Assembly (NCBI GenBank): GCA_963924565.1
Contig: OZ004609.1
Coordinates: forward strand, 5,828,001 to 5,892,000
Direction: 5' to 3'
DNA: 64,000 nt
Source of the DNA: Ascidiella aspersa
Taxonomy: Eukaryota
This document shows, one piece after another, positions 14,616-26,752 of the stretch. The notes beneath the pieces are model-generated. The model was given only the letters and a program-made list of their open reading frames with translations. It did not search any database and was not told the DNA's origin. A program made the position numbers and the translations under genes. Position 1 is the first letter of the stretch. Each line of letters begins with the position of its first letter.

Positions 14616-17600
14616 ATGGACGAAAATCACAAGTGCGGTGCAACTAACGAAGCATTTGAGATAGTAAGTGTCAATTGGCAGATGATTTACGATTTAGTGT
14701 TTAAACTAAGTCAGATGCTGAATGATGTAGGCTACTACTATATTTCTTACCTATTAACTAAAATTCACAAGCGTTGTTTGAATTTCGAGATTAATGAAGT
14801 GAGTGTAATCAATTTACGTACGTCGGCATCTTTGCAGAAAACACCATGGATATTATGTTAAACAATACATTGCAATTCTTATGATTGCCATTCTCTGGCA
14901 ATAAAAGCCTTTGAAATTATTCAAGTATTCCTGACTGTTAAATTGGACCAAGCTTGTGCCTTTTTAATTTTTTTAGCCGGATCTTATTTTTAACCGTCGT
15001 AAGTAAGCAGTAAATTTTTACTGATGACAGTAGTATTTACTTAGAACGAAAAACTGGTGATTATTAAATAATACAATGTCTAATATTACCTCCGTATTGA
15101 ACTTAGCTAATGTCCACTCATGTGTGACTATCGCCCAAAGCAGAGTTATAGTTTTCCGTTGTTCGTCATTCTGTCCATTATTAGCGAATAGGTTAAGTTG
15201 CCTTTTGAGCCGTTGTCTACGCGTTGATATGTACTCGATAACTTGTAATTATGAATAAACGTTCCAACAAAGTCGACTATTAGCTGAGTAAAGCAACACT
15301 GCTCTTTAAGAATGGGTGTAACAAAAATGAATTAGCATATGTATACGAATATATTTTCGGAGATCTGGACAAGTCGCCATCCTCGATTTAACTACCTAGC
15401 TCCGTAGCATCCTAAACCAGTTACTGGTCTCCACACCTATCTTGGCCAAAACAATGTTGCTTTGGATTGAGATTTCCAGTTTATTGGCTTGCTTTAACTT
15501 CAGGATGACCAAGCTACGGCTGAGCAAACAATTAATGTGGAAGGCAAAACAACAGATGGTCTGCTTTATTCTGTGGAAGATACACCTCCGTGGTATGTTT
15601 GCATTGGACTTGGATTACAGGTAGGACTTCCTACTTCTGCGATAATGCTTTATATTTCAGTAAAAAGTGTATAATGTTGATGACGTGAATGTCACTATCT
15701 TTTACCTTAAAACAAGTGTTATTAAACGGGGGTCCATGGACCCCTTGGGGGTACATGAACTAGTTTTACGGGGTCCATGAAGGCCACATTGAACTATTAG
15801 TGTATATTAAAGTAATCGATTTTTCAAAGAAAAGAGTTTAATTAAAAATAGATTATTTTAGCACTGAATTGAGACACCATTTCACTTTCACATTTTTTGA
15901 TCGGAAACACCATAAGTCTTTTTGTAATGCGACATCAATTTGTGACGTCATTTTTAAAGATTCCTTATCCACAGGGTCCGCGGTAAAAAAGTTAAAAAAC
16001 CCTTGCCTTAAAATTATTTTATAATATGTTACTAATGTATTGGGTAAAAAAACAAAAGTGATTCTGGTATTAAGATGCCGGCTCACAGTTGCTTGTTTGT
16101 GTTCATTATCAGCACTACTTGGTAGCAGTTGGGTCTCTGGTGGGACTTCCCCTGTTACTTGCCCCGTCACTCTGCATCGCCGATGACGACAGAGGTGACG
16201 TCACGCGGTCTTACCTTATCAGCAGTATCTTCTTCGTTTCTGGAATTTGCACACTCTTGCAAACCACCATCGGAAACAGGTAACAATCCTTTTATGATTA
16301 AGAGTGTTGGAAAATCTCGCTTCCCAACACATATTATAACAACAATATTTCACTTCATATACATAAATGTTTAACAAACCATAAACTTATATTGATCATG
16401 ATAATAAATTTCAAAGCCAAAAAGGTCGAATAGATCGAAATCTTCTTGACAATTAGGACGTTTCGATACGAGCTTGATCATCTTCAGTTAATGTGACTGA
16501 GAAGCAATTCAAGCATCACTTATAAGAGATGGGACGCAATTGTTATCATTCTGAGCTTCTATAGTCGGAGCATTTTTTTTAATTAACAACTTCAGGTGTT
16601 GAACAGGTACAGCGGTGTTCATAAGGGTTCAACGTTCAGTTCGAGGTCGCAGTCTTGGATAGATGCATAGATCGTATCGATACGTCTTAATTATCAAGAT
16701 GATGTCAATCTACTCGACCTTTTTGGCTTCGAATTTTATCACAAGCTACATTACAGATCCGTGCATAGTGTAGCCAATTATATTGATCACCTCTGCGATA
16801 ACTGCGTCTGCTTTTAAACTAATAAAACAATAGAGATAGGTGCTACATATTTAAACCTCCAGAATTCGTCATAGTTTTTAGGCGATCGTCATTTGTGGTA
16901 GCATTGAATACAATGTAAAGTATCCTTAAAATCGCAACAAATATACAGTTAACAATTGCCCGTATTCTTTTGTTTTTGAAGACTTCCGATCATGCAGGGC
17001 AGTACATTTACCTTTCTTCCTCCAACATTCGCCATCTTAGCGTTACCCCACAACATTTGCCCCCCACCGTTACCCCCTGACTTTAACCCCAACTCTTCTG
17101 AAACCTTGTACAACGACACAGACGGGATGATCGTGAATGGAGATGAGCTTTGGATGCGAAGAATGAGAGAGGTATGGTTATTCTTGCTTTTTCAACTCTG
17201 TGTAAAAGTAAAATAGAAAAGCTCTTTAAACTTGCAGAGCGTTAAGGTTTTCAATGTGCATAACTGTTTTAAGGTCAAAGCTAAGTCGCAATGTACTGAC
17301 TAACCTTCTGTGTTTATTACCCAGTGTTTTAATGGCTTAAGTCAATGACTTAACTTAAGCGCACTTCAGTAACTGTTTTCAAATGACTTGACTTTGACTT
17401 GACAATTCTTTTAGACAATTGACTTTACTTGACTTAAGTCTTTTGGAAAATGACTTGAATTAAATGCTTCATTAAGCATTTTTCACTATAAAAGTGGGTT
17501 ATTTAACCTAAGTTTTGTGCGTCAAAAAAATGCTTGTTACACGTTGTGTTTCGTTTTAGTTTTCAGTTAAGTTACTGCTAATAAATCGGACTATTTTACA

Positions 17601-20600
17601 AATTTTAATAGTTTAACTTTTAATTTTTATGACATCGACTTGACCTGAAATTGACCAATCTATGACAAACCAATACGTTTAAGTTATGCAAGGGCATTTC
17701 GATCGTTATAAAACTGACCAAAATTCAACACTATAAAAGTAACAGACAAGAAATATCACAGGAAAATGCAATTATATAATGTGGAAATAATTTACAAACC
17801 TGACCAGACATATTAAGTGTAATACGGTTCTACATATAGATCTATCACTAACGAATATAAATTGAAATAAAAGTGTTATTATTCTTTATCTTGAAAAGTC
17901 AACTCTCACCCAAGTATGGCGTGAGCTGTTAAATGAAATGGCATAACAGAAATGTCGGCCTTATACTTAAAATTAACAAAGCAAATTTCGTGTAAAGGTC
18001 CAAGGCGCCATTGCGGTCGCTTCTTGTGTCCAACTTCTCCTGGGCCTTACTGGCGCCATTGGGTTGCTGCTTCGGTTCATTGGGCCGCTCACCGTCGCCC
18101 CTGCCATATCTCTTATCGGATTGAGCCTTTTTTCTGCGGCGTATTACCAAGCAGAGGCGCATTGGGGAATCGCAATGTTGTAAGCTCAACATTTGAGACA
18201 TGTGCTATCAACATTAATTTCTGTTAAACTAATATATTTTGTGTTTTTATTAATAAAATTAGTGCTAGTAATTAATATATTATATGTGTTGATGATCTAA
18301 GTGCAGTTGTTTAATTCGTCGTAGAAAATTAACAGATAATTGTACATTTTTTTACCAAGAAGAGAGTCGAACTCACGCCTTTGTTTAAAGGACAATTCAG
18401 TTTTCCTCAATGAATGTTTTTCGCGTATACATGACCATCAACTTTAATCATGGAGCACGCTGTATATTTCATAATATAAGCCTATACGGTGTAAAAACGA
18501 AAAGCAGATAGCACCATGACTTGCATTTTAGAATGCAATATGCGGAAGTTTGTAATGTTGATCTTCTTCTCTTTTCTGTTTGTGTGTAGTACATCATTCG
18601 TGATGATAGTGTGTTCGCAATACCTCAATAACGTCAAAATCCCACTGCCTGCGTACACCAAGAGAAAAAAGTTCCATTTAGCGTGGAAGGCACTTTTCAA
18701 AATGTACCCGGTAAGAACACTCGTCATAAACCTATTCAACTCTTGCGCTTTTAGATCTAAAAATAAACTAGCATAAACTTATGCTCTTGATACTGCCAAA
18801 CAAACCCCAGTAATCCCGGTCACAACTGTAAAAGAAATGTAAGTTTAATATAATGATTTTGATAACTATTTTTGTTTGTAAGGGAACCAAGGTGATTAAT
18901 TTATGGTCTGCCCGCTAACGTTTTTGCAACGAGTCATTTTAGTTAGGAAGCTTTGTAAAAGTTAAAGTTTCCTATAAATGCGCTTTTTTTAACGTGTCGG
19001 GAATAATTTAAAGAAAGTGTTGCGGTATAGAAAGAATGTAGTTATCTAGTTTAGAACAATTGTCAGTTAAACAACGAATTGATATGACAACCAGTAGATT
19101 TCTTCAATGAAAGATATGTACACACATATGTGTGTTAACAACTGAAATCTACCCCTTCTGAAGCTACTTTTTGACCAACGATTACGGTTTTGACCAACGA
19201 TTATCATTGGTACACTGAAAGTCATTGCAGACTCACCGAATCTGTCGATCAATGATCTAGAAAAACAACTAGCCTGCAGTGAGGTTCGATCTCACGACCT
19301 CCGGTCAAGCCGGGACCGTCGCTCCACCAACTGAGCTATGCAGGCTATTATATGATATGGTACTGTGAAATCCCCTTAAATATGAAGTTGCTTGTACTAA
19401 CAGATTAAGCAAGCATTGGCGTATGGTAGTTTCTCGACTCGCTCCTCTTTGAGCTTGTGTAGCTCAGTTGGTAGAGCGACGGTACCGGCTTGACCAGAGG
19501 TCGTGAGTTCCAAACCTCACTGCAGGCTAGTTAATTGTTTTTCTAGCCTGCTCTGCTTGCATCATTAATCGACAGATTCGGTGAGTCTGCAATGGCTTTC
19601 AGTGTGACAACCAGTAGATTCATAAATTTATTTGATAAATGAAAATGCCAAACCCACCCAATATGGATTACTGAGGTTTAACAAAAAATGGTATCTATAG
19701 GTTTTATTTGCCCTTGTTTCCGCCTGGCTGCTGTGTCTGATTTTTACCGTCACCGACGTTTTTCCAACGGACCCTAACAACCCAAACCACAGGGCTAGAA
19801 CCGATCTCCGGTCAAACGTGATCTCCAACGCACCTTGGTAAGGACAAAACTCATCTATAAACAAAACTTGACACATAACTTTACCTAAATTACGCTTTCA
19901 AGTCATGGGCTCAAGCTAGCAAGCGTTTTCCAATAGTGTAACTAAAAACGTGGAAAATGGGTATAGATATGTTTGAGGCCTCTTATCTAAAATTTTCTAG
20001 TTTCTTGTTCTTTTCTTTTAATTAGGCCTGCAAAATATCTGCCCAGTTTAGTGCGGCATTTTAACACATGGTGTTACGAAGTTAAATCTAATAAAGCACG
20101 GTCGTTATATTTTATTAATATAAGAGTAATTAACTGGTCTTTAGTATTATTAAGGCAGGTTCCCGCCACATCTATAGTAGAGAACGAATATTAGATGGAA
20201 TGGCATATTAGGAAAATTTTATCCAAATAGTTGCACCGCAAATAAAACTTCGAGAAAAAAAGCGAATCAGTAATATTGCGATATTTATCAATTTTATTTC
20301 CAAAAAAATGGTGTACACTTGTGTATAGCAAAGTTCGCTGGATTTGTGTTTAATTTTGGCATAATCAATGGCTGGTGTTATTTAGTTCAAGCAGTTCTTA
20401 CCAGAAAACAAACTAGGGATGCAGCTAAATACTGATTTCATTTTATTTAAATTGGGGTCGACTAATAAAAAAAGACCACTTAAGATACCTGTGGAAAACT
20501 CAAAGCGCAGACGGTAACCTCACATCATGTGATCATAACTAAAGTTTGATCTTTACTTATCTTCATTGTAGTATAGGCCTATGAGCAATGCAAAGACCTT

Positions 20601-23600
20601 CATTGCAGGTGAAATACACAAGGGACACGTTACATTAGCAATTTACCCATCAGGTTCCGCTTTCCTTACCCTGGTCAGTGGGGAATCCCCCGGGTCACGG
20701 TAGCTGGGTTCGTCGGGATGCTGGCGGGGGTCATGGCAGGAATGATCGAGTCGGTGGGAGACTACTACGCATGCGCAAAGCTGTCGGGGGCTCCGAACCT
20801 CCCGAGTCATGCCATTAATAGGTGAGTGGTTTCCTGCGCAAAGCAGTAATAATTACCATTTTATCCGATTTACGATTACGTAAGTATAACAAAATCGATT
20901 TTATGATTAGTAGCTTCGTATGGCGAATCGCAGATCAATTTATGTATTTTGCAAGCCATTCTTTGTGGCCATTTTCGGTGAGCTGAATTGCTGTGTAGAT
21001 GCCTTCTACCTTGGTGATAGACCAGCTTGGTATTAGATTGTTGAGACTCAGTGGTGTAAGCTTGTAAATATTATTGTATGATTTAATCTTACCAAAGCTA
21101 GCAGTTCAGGCCAAGGACTATTAAAATATCTTGAAAGATATATATATATATATATATTTCGCCAGAAAAGGCGAAGTATGTAGCTTATATCTATATTCGA
21201 ATTAATACTAGATACTTTTTTGAATTGCTAGCTTTGTTAGAGTATTCTGCTGTTACTGAGCAGGAATTAAAGTCGACATTTATCTTGCAAGGGTCAAGGT
21301 GACTTCTGTTATCACATATTTAGCGCTACAGTTATCAGTGATATTGTTTCCTGTTGTATTACATTTTTAAAAGAATTGCAGTCTCTTTTAACAGCGGTTT
21401 GAAGAAGTCATTTCAAAATGACTATATCCCAGTCAAGTCATTCTTAAAATAACATAAGCCGAAGTCAAGCATTTTCGAATAAATAAAACGTCAAGTCCCC
21501 GTCCAAGTCATCGGTTGCCCAAGTCAAGTCATATTTAGAGAAAGTTAACTTCAAGGCACGTACTTGTCATAAAAATAAAACTTCAAACTATTAAAACTGG
21601 TAAACTCATCCGATTGTGAGCAATAACTCAAGTAAACAATAACATAAACACAACATATAAATATGATCTCATTTCTATGCATTGTGCTACTTTAGGGGGA
21701 TTCTAACAGAGGGTTTCGGCTGCATTTTGGCTGGCGTGATTGGGACTGGTACGGCGACCACCTCATTCAGTGAAAACATCGGAGCCATTGGAATAACGCG
21801 GGTCGGAAGCCGAAGGGTAATACAGATGCATTTATAAATGATGTTGGGCTTTATCGATATACGAACCTGTGTTCGTCAATATTAACGTCTAACGAAACAT
21901 GGTTTAAAAGCAAACGGCATCAATCCTTTGCAATATACGTAAGCCTGTCGTAGTGATGTTTTAGGCTTCTCGTCACACGATCTTGCTGGGTTATCTTTTT
22001 TAGCAACTTGTTAAAACTTAAAAATCTTCACTTAACGCCAGTTATAGTTTTCTTTTTTCCTCGTTTAGGTATTACAGGTAGCCGGTTGTCACTTTATTTT
22101 GCTCGGGATGTTTTGTAAGTTTGCAATCCTTGGTATTTTGGTAATCTTACTAGCATGTACAAATATCCATTATATGCCAGCCAACCCAACCTTCTGTCAC
22201 GTTTAGGTTTTACAGGTAGCAGGTTGTCTCTTCATATTACTCGGGATGCTTTGCAAGTTCGGGAGCATATTCGTTGCGATCCCGGACCCGGTTTTGGGAG
22301 GACTCTTCTGCGTTCTCTTCGGTATGATCGCAGCCGTGGGAATCAGCAATCTTCAGTACGTGGACCTTAACTCGCCCAGGTAATACAAAACTACCTTGTT
22401 ATAGCAATTTTTGTTGAAAAGAAAATAACACGTTATTAGCTCACGCAACCACGTCATTCAACACTAGTTGCGTGTGCCTTTCTTCTTAATACTAGGAATT
22501 CATAACGGATAATGTAAAATTTAGAAAATGCATAGCCTATAAAGTCAAGACTGAGAAACTGAGAAAGTCAAACTTTTTTTCACAGTCAGGGGGCAGCCGA
22601 CTAGATAAATTAATAGTCTTTCGCCGCCCCCTGGAAACTACGGCTTTTTTTTCGTTGAAATTTTTTGCATGTATAAACCGTTTTCCCGAAATAAAAAAAA
22701 ATTATCTATCTATTTTGTGTATAACGGCTGACGATTGTAGTTATACGTAGAATAAATATCAAAGCCCATACAGAAATAGATGTATATTTTAAACGTTTCG
22801 AATTCATTGTACGTTTAACTTTCCATAAAATCATGTGTTTGATATCGTTTAATTTAGCATGTGTATCTACGGGTTCTTCACTTCTATTCCGAGCAGAAAC
22901 CTGGTGATTGTTGGTTTCTCGATGTTTATGGGCCTGACTGTACCTGAGTGGATGAAGGCAAACCCAGGTGTTATTCAGACCGGATCTACCGAAGGAGATC
23001 AAATCATCACCGTTCTTCTTGAAACCTCAATGCTAGTCGGCGGAATGCTGGCCCTCATACTTGACAACACTATTCCAGGTTGGGTGACGTATGATGCAGT
23101 ATACAGGCATTTTTAGAAAATCAGTCTATTTATTTCAAGATAAATGTTGTGGTTGTTTGTTTGGGTAACACACAAACAAATGGTACGTAACAAAAATCTT
23201 TTATTTTGACAGTATTTTGATGAACACATTTTTCACAATACTGGAGTCGTACTTTTGTGCAATCGTTTATTAAATGCATCGTATTTGCTTTTAATAAAAA
23301 GCAAGCATTCCATTTTGCGTACATTGTTTGAAATTTTAAAAGGAAGAACACCGGTTTAACGGTTATGCAGTTAAGCGCCGAAAATAGGTTGAAAGACTTG
23401 TAGGAACGTAACCAACTTTTACAAATTTAATTAAAGAACATATTTATTGGGTCCAGCTCTTTAAGAAACAGATTCAATCCCTGCTTGATTTTTTCAAGGA
23501 ACTGAAAGCGAACGCGGAATCGTAAAATGGCGTAAATCGCAAAGCGGAACTGAAATTGACGACGAAGAAGTGTTGGCGGAAAAAGTCGCCGCGTGCTACG

Positions 23601-24211
23601 ATCTTCCCTTTCCAACAAATTGCTGCAGGTTTGTCAGACTATTTATTGTTTTAAAATATTGCAACAATGCACCCTATCTCAGACTCACAAAGTTTAAATT
23701 TGCTTATCGTTTTAAAGCGCGCTGTAAATTAGTCTTAATTCCAAAGCTTACAGAAAACGTCCGAGATAATTAGATGTGTTGCTAAAATTTATTCGGCGTA
23801 CAATGACTGCAGTCGACCAAGAAATCAAAACTTAAAGGGATGTTTCAAAATGTTGTCATTTGATGAATATGTAATAAGTATATAAACAATACATAACAAG
23901 ATAGTCAAAAAAATTTAAATTACACAAAGAATTGTATGTAAACATGGTGCCAAACAAAATAAAAAATTCCAACGCATACAAATAGTTTTTGGTCTTTTGC
24001 AGTACTTCAAAAACTTCCTGAAAATAAAATATATGAAACTTTCTTATAACAACTTAATGCATCCAACATAAGCAAAATAGCATTTTTTTCTGCAGTAAAA
24101 TCCAAACCATATTTTTGTGACAGACTATCGAAGTACGTCCCGTTTTTACCCGAATACGGCAGAAAAAGCATAACATCATCACCAGACCAAGCATATTCTA
24201 CAGAGCTTTAG
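14616..24211 (+). CDS. SLC23/NAT (NCS2) transporter, tandem copy 2 (E-type NAT motif), 13 exons, 607 aa
   Basis: Exons 14616-14663, 15504-15620, 16113-16279, 16982-17171, 17998-18179, 18590-18710, 19701-19837, 20654-20821, 21696-21816, 22207-22379, 22897-23078, 23499-23628, 24124-24211 (1824 nt). Exon phases match copy 1; NAT motif [18 protein letters not shown]. Confidence 0.93.
16400..16765. mobile_element. Second Penelope-like foldback element with a degenerate hammerhead motif (16452-16492, minus strand)
   Basis: Inverted arms at about 16402-16470 and 16672-16740; minus strand reads CTGAAGA-TGATCAAGCTCGTATC-GAAA-CG-TC. A related copy lies at about 33216-33331. Confidence 0.6.
19101..19604. 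mobile_element. Inverted dimer of a tRNA-like repeat
   Basis: tRNA-like units at 19272-19345 (-) and 19453-19527 (+) with A/B boxes and inverted tails; 16-bp flanking duplication TGACAACCAGTAGATT at 19085 and 19605. Confidence 0.75.
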
Positions 24212-26752
24212 ATTTGTGGACGTCATTTGTACACCCATTTTTACCAATACATTTTATCATTGAATTTATTATTCGTCAAGTTTGCAACTATTACCACTGC
24301 AAGTAACACCACTGTGTGGTTGTATACCTGCATGTGTTCCTTTTGTAACAATTGATAAATTAAGTATGAATTACTGTTTCTTAATTGATAAGCATCGTTT
24401 GTGCTAATGTTAGGCCTACTTGTTCAATAAAATTGCTGTTGCAATATTTTGTCTTAAAATCGGCCTATATGGTAATAGCTTGTCACATAAAATTTGGATT
24501 TACTAACCTTTGAAGCCGTCCCGTGTTCCAGCGAAGTTAGTACGACATCTCAAACGGTTTGGCCCCTTCTTGCCAAACGGCGTATAGTTTTTGTCAATCC
24601 AAAGGAATAAAGGCAATAAAGCAGGGATTCCCAACCTTTTTTACACCGTGGCCCCCTTTGAACATTTTGATAAATCATTGGCCCCTAATTTTTTCAAACT
24701 TTTGAAAAAACTAAGAAACGTTATTTTAATTAAAAAACTGGTTTATATACAGTAGTTAGAATGATAAAATGAGATAAATACAACACACAATAAACATGAC
24801 AGTACAACAATTATAGTTATTACATATTCAGTTTATGTGATGATTGAGCTTGTTTTTGCACTGACAATGTCTTAATTGCATATTTTTAATTTTTTTCTGG
24901 TCCCCTTAAGCCCCTGCAATACCCACCTTAAATTCCTGCAAACATATTTTTAATATTTTTCATGGCCCTCTTAGAACCCTGTAATAAAGGAAAATGCTAC
25001 CACGAGTGTCTAAATTGGTTTAAATAAATCAGCAATTTCTGCAACCAGCCAATTTAATGACAGGAGGACCCTTTGGCCTCGAAGTGAATTCTTATCGCCT
25101 CTCTACATTCGGAAGGGCGTACTAAAATTTTGTCCAATAATATGACGTCGGAACTCGGAGCCTATAAAGTTTGATTACCGCTATAAGGAAAAAACAGTTA
25201 GATAGATGAATCGCTTTTAATATATTTCACTCTTCACGGCTGTTTGTCGTGCCTGACGTTATAGAAATCTTTATAAATGGCCGTATTTGTCTAATTCTAA
25301 ATAGAAAAACAGAGGAATAGTTAGATAGAAAGCGCTTTATTTGATTTACTTTGCGATGAAGTTTTCAGTTTGAAGCACCTATACCAGAACAACAAATATG
25401 CAAGTGCGTCACAGGTGTTGGTGCAACCCTAACACGTGATAGGGAACCTTTCAATGCCCTAACTCACGGGCTCTGAAACTAGGGTCTATGGGCCCCTTGG
25501 GGGCACGTGAACTAGTTTTAGGTTATCCATAAAAGTCTAATTGAAATATTACTCTATATTTAAAACGTAATTAATTTAAAAAAAAAAGTTTAATTAAGAA
25601 TAAGTCGTTTTTCCACTCAATTGCATTTACCTTCCATTTTACCTATACATTTTTTGGACAAAAACAACATACTTCTGAAGTCTATTTGTATCGTCTCGTC
25701 GATTTATGACGTCATCCCTAAACATTTCTTGCCTATACTGGTCCACGCGAAGCAAAATAAAATTAAGGATACAAGGCAAAAAAGTTTAAGAACCCCTGCC
25801 CTAAATATTTTATATTTCGTCCGATTAAGGATTTCACCTTTGGTAAAATTAAGCATATTTAAACCAAGCCTGTGAAGCGAAAGCCGTAGACTAGGCCTAC
25901 TGGGGATTCGGGATCGCCTGAGTCGGTGAATTTGCCCGAATTTCGACTTGCGGTTGCGCAGCAGCAAATTCGAAACTGATAAGGTCGCACATTATAGTTC
26001 GTAAAAAGTGGAATAGCATAGACCAGAACTGCATTATTTTAACCTGGGGGAAATTTCCTCGATTTAAGGTGTAAATGAGATATAAATCAAAATATCAACA
26101 TCAGTTGGCTGGACAGAAAAATTGTGCCATTGGCAGCCTACTTTCTTAGGTAGTGATAGCCTACTTTCCTAATTCGTATCAGCTGCTATTTCGAAGCTAG
26201 CCTAGTAGCCTATTGATTCTTTATCGTCTAGTATCGGTAAAGTTATGCTGTGCTAATTGATACTTTTTATTCATAAGTTACTTCATTGTTACGTCATGAA
26301 TGAGCATCTTTTATATATTGGGGAAAAGGTGGTAAATCTGATATTTGTCTTTGATAAAAGAGTAAAGCATACAAAAAAGGTTAAGAACCCTTAACTAGAA
26401 TATTTCTGCGAGTTATTTAACAACCATGGGAGTCGATTTCTGTTTGTCCACCTTATTTTCGTCACTTGGATGGGTGCAATACCGTACTGTGGAGTCGTAG
26501 CCTGACGCGGACTTAACTTCATTTTGTCGGCCAGGGGCGGACAAGAGAGTGTTGTTTTAAACCGACTGCACGTACGTTATTTTAACTTACTGCCTTGGTA
26601 TTGACATAAGCATTGGTTATAACATAAACTGCGTTTCTTGTAAATCACGTAATTTATGGTTGCAATTAATGTACCGCAATTGCACGTGTTTAATTAAGTT
26701 TATTCATCGCGTTAAATTACAGGTTCAACATATTTTTTTTAGATTGTATAGA

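Noticed and set aside
19272-19527. Functional tRNA genes
   Set aside because: The anticodon arm is non-canonical and copies are diverged with shared flanks, so they were treated as a repeat family.
1191-24211. Naming the genes SLC23A1/SLC23A2 (vitamin C transporters)
   Set aside because: They lack the SSP-N ascorbate-type motif, and orthology cannot be established without a tree.
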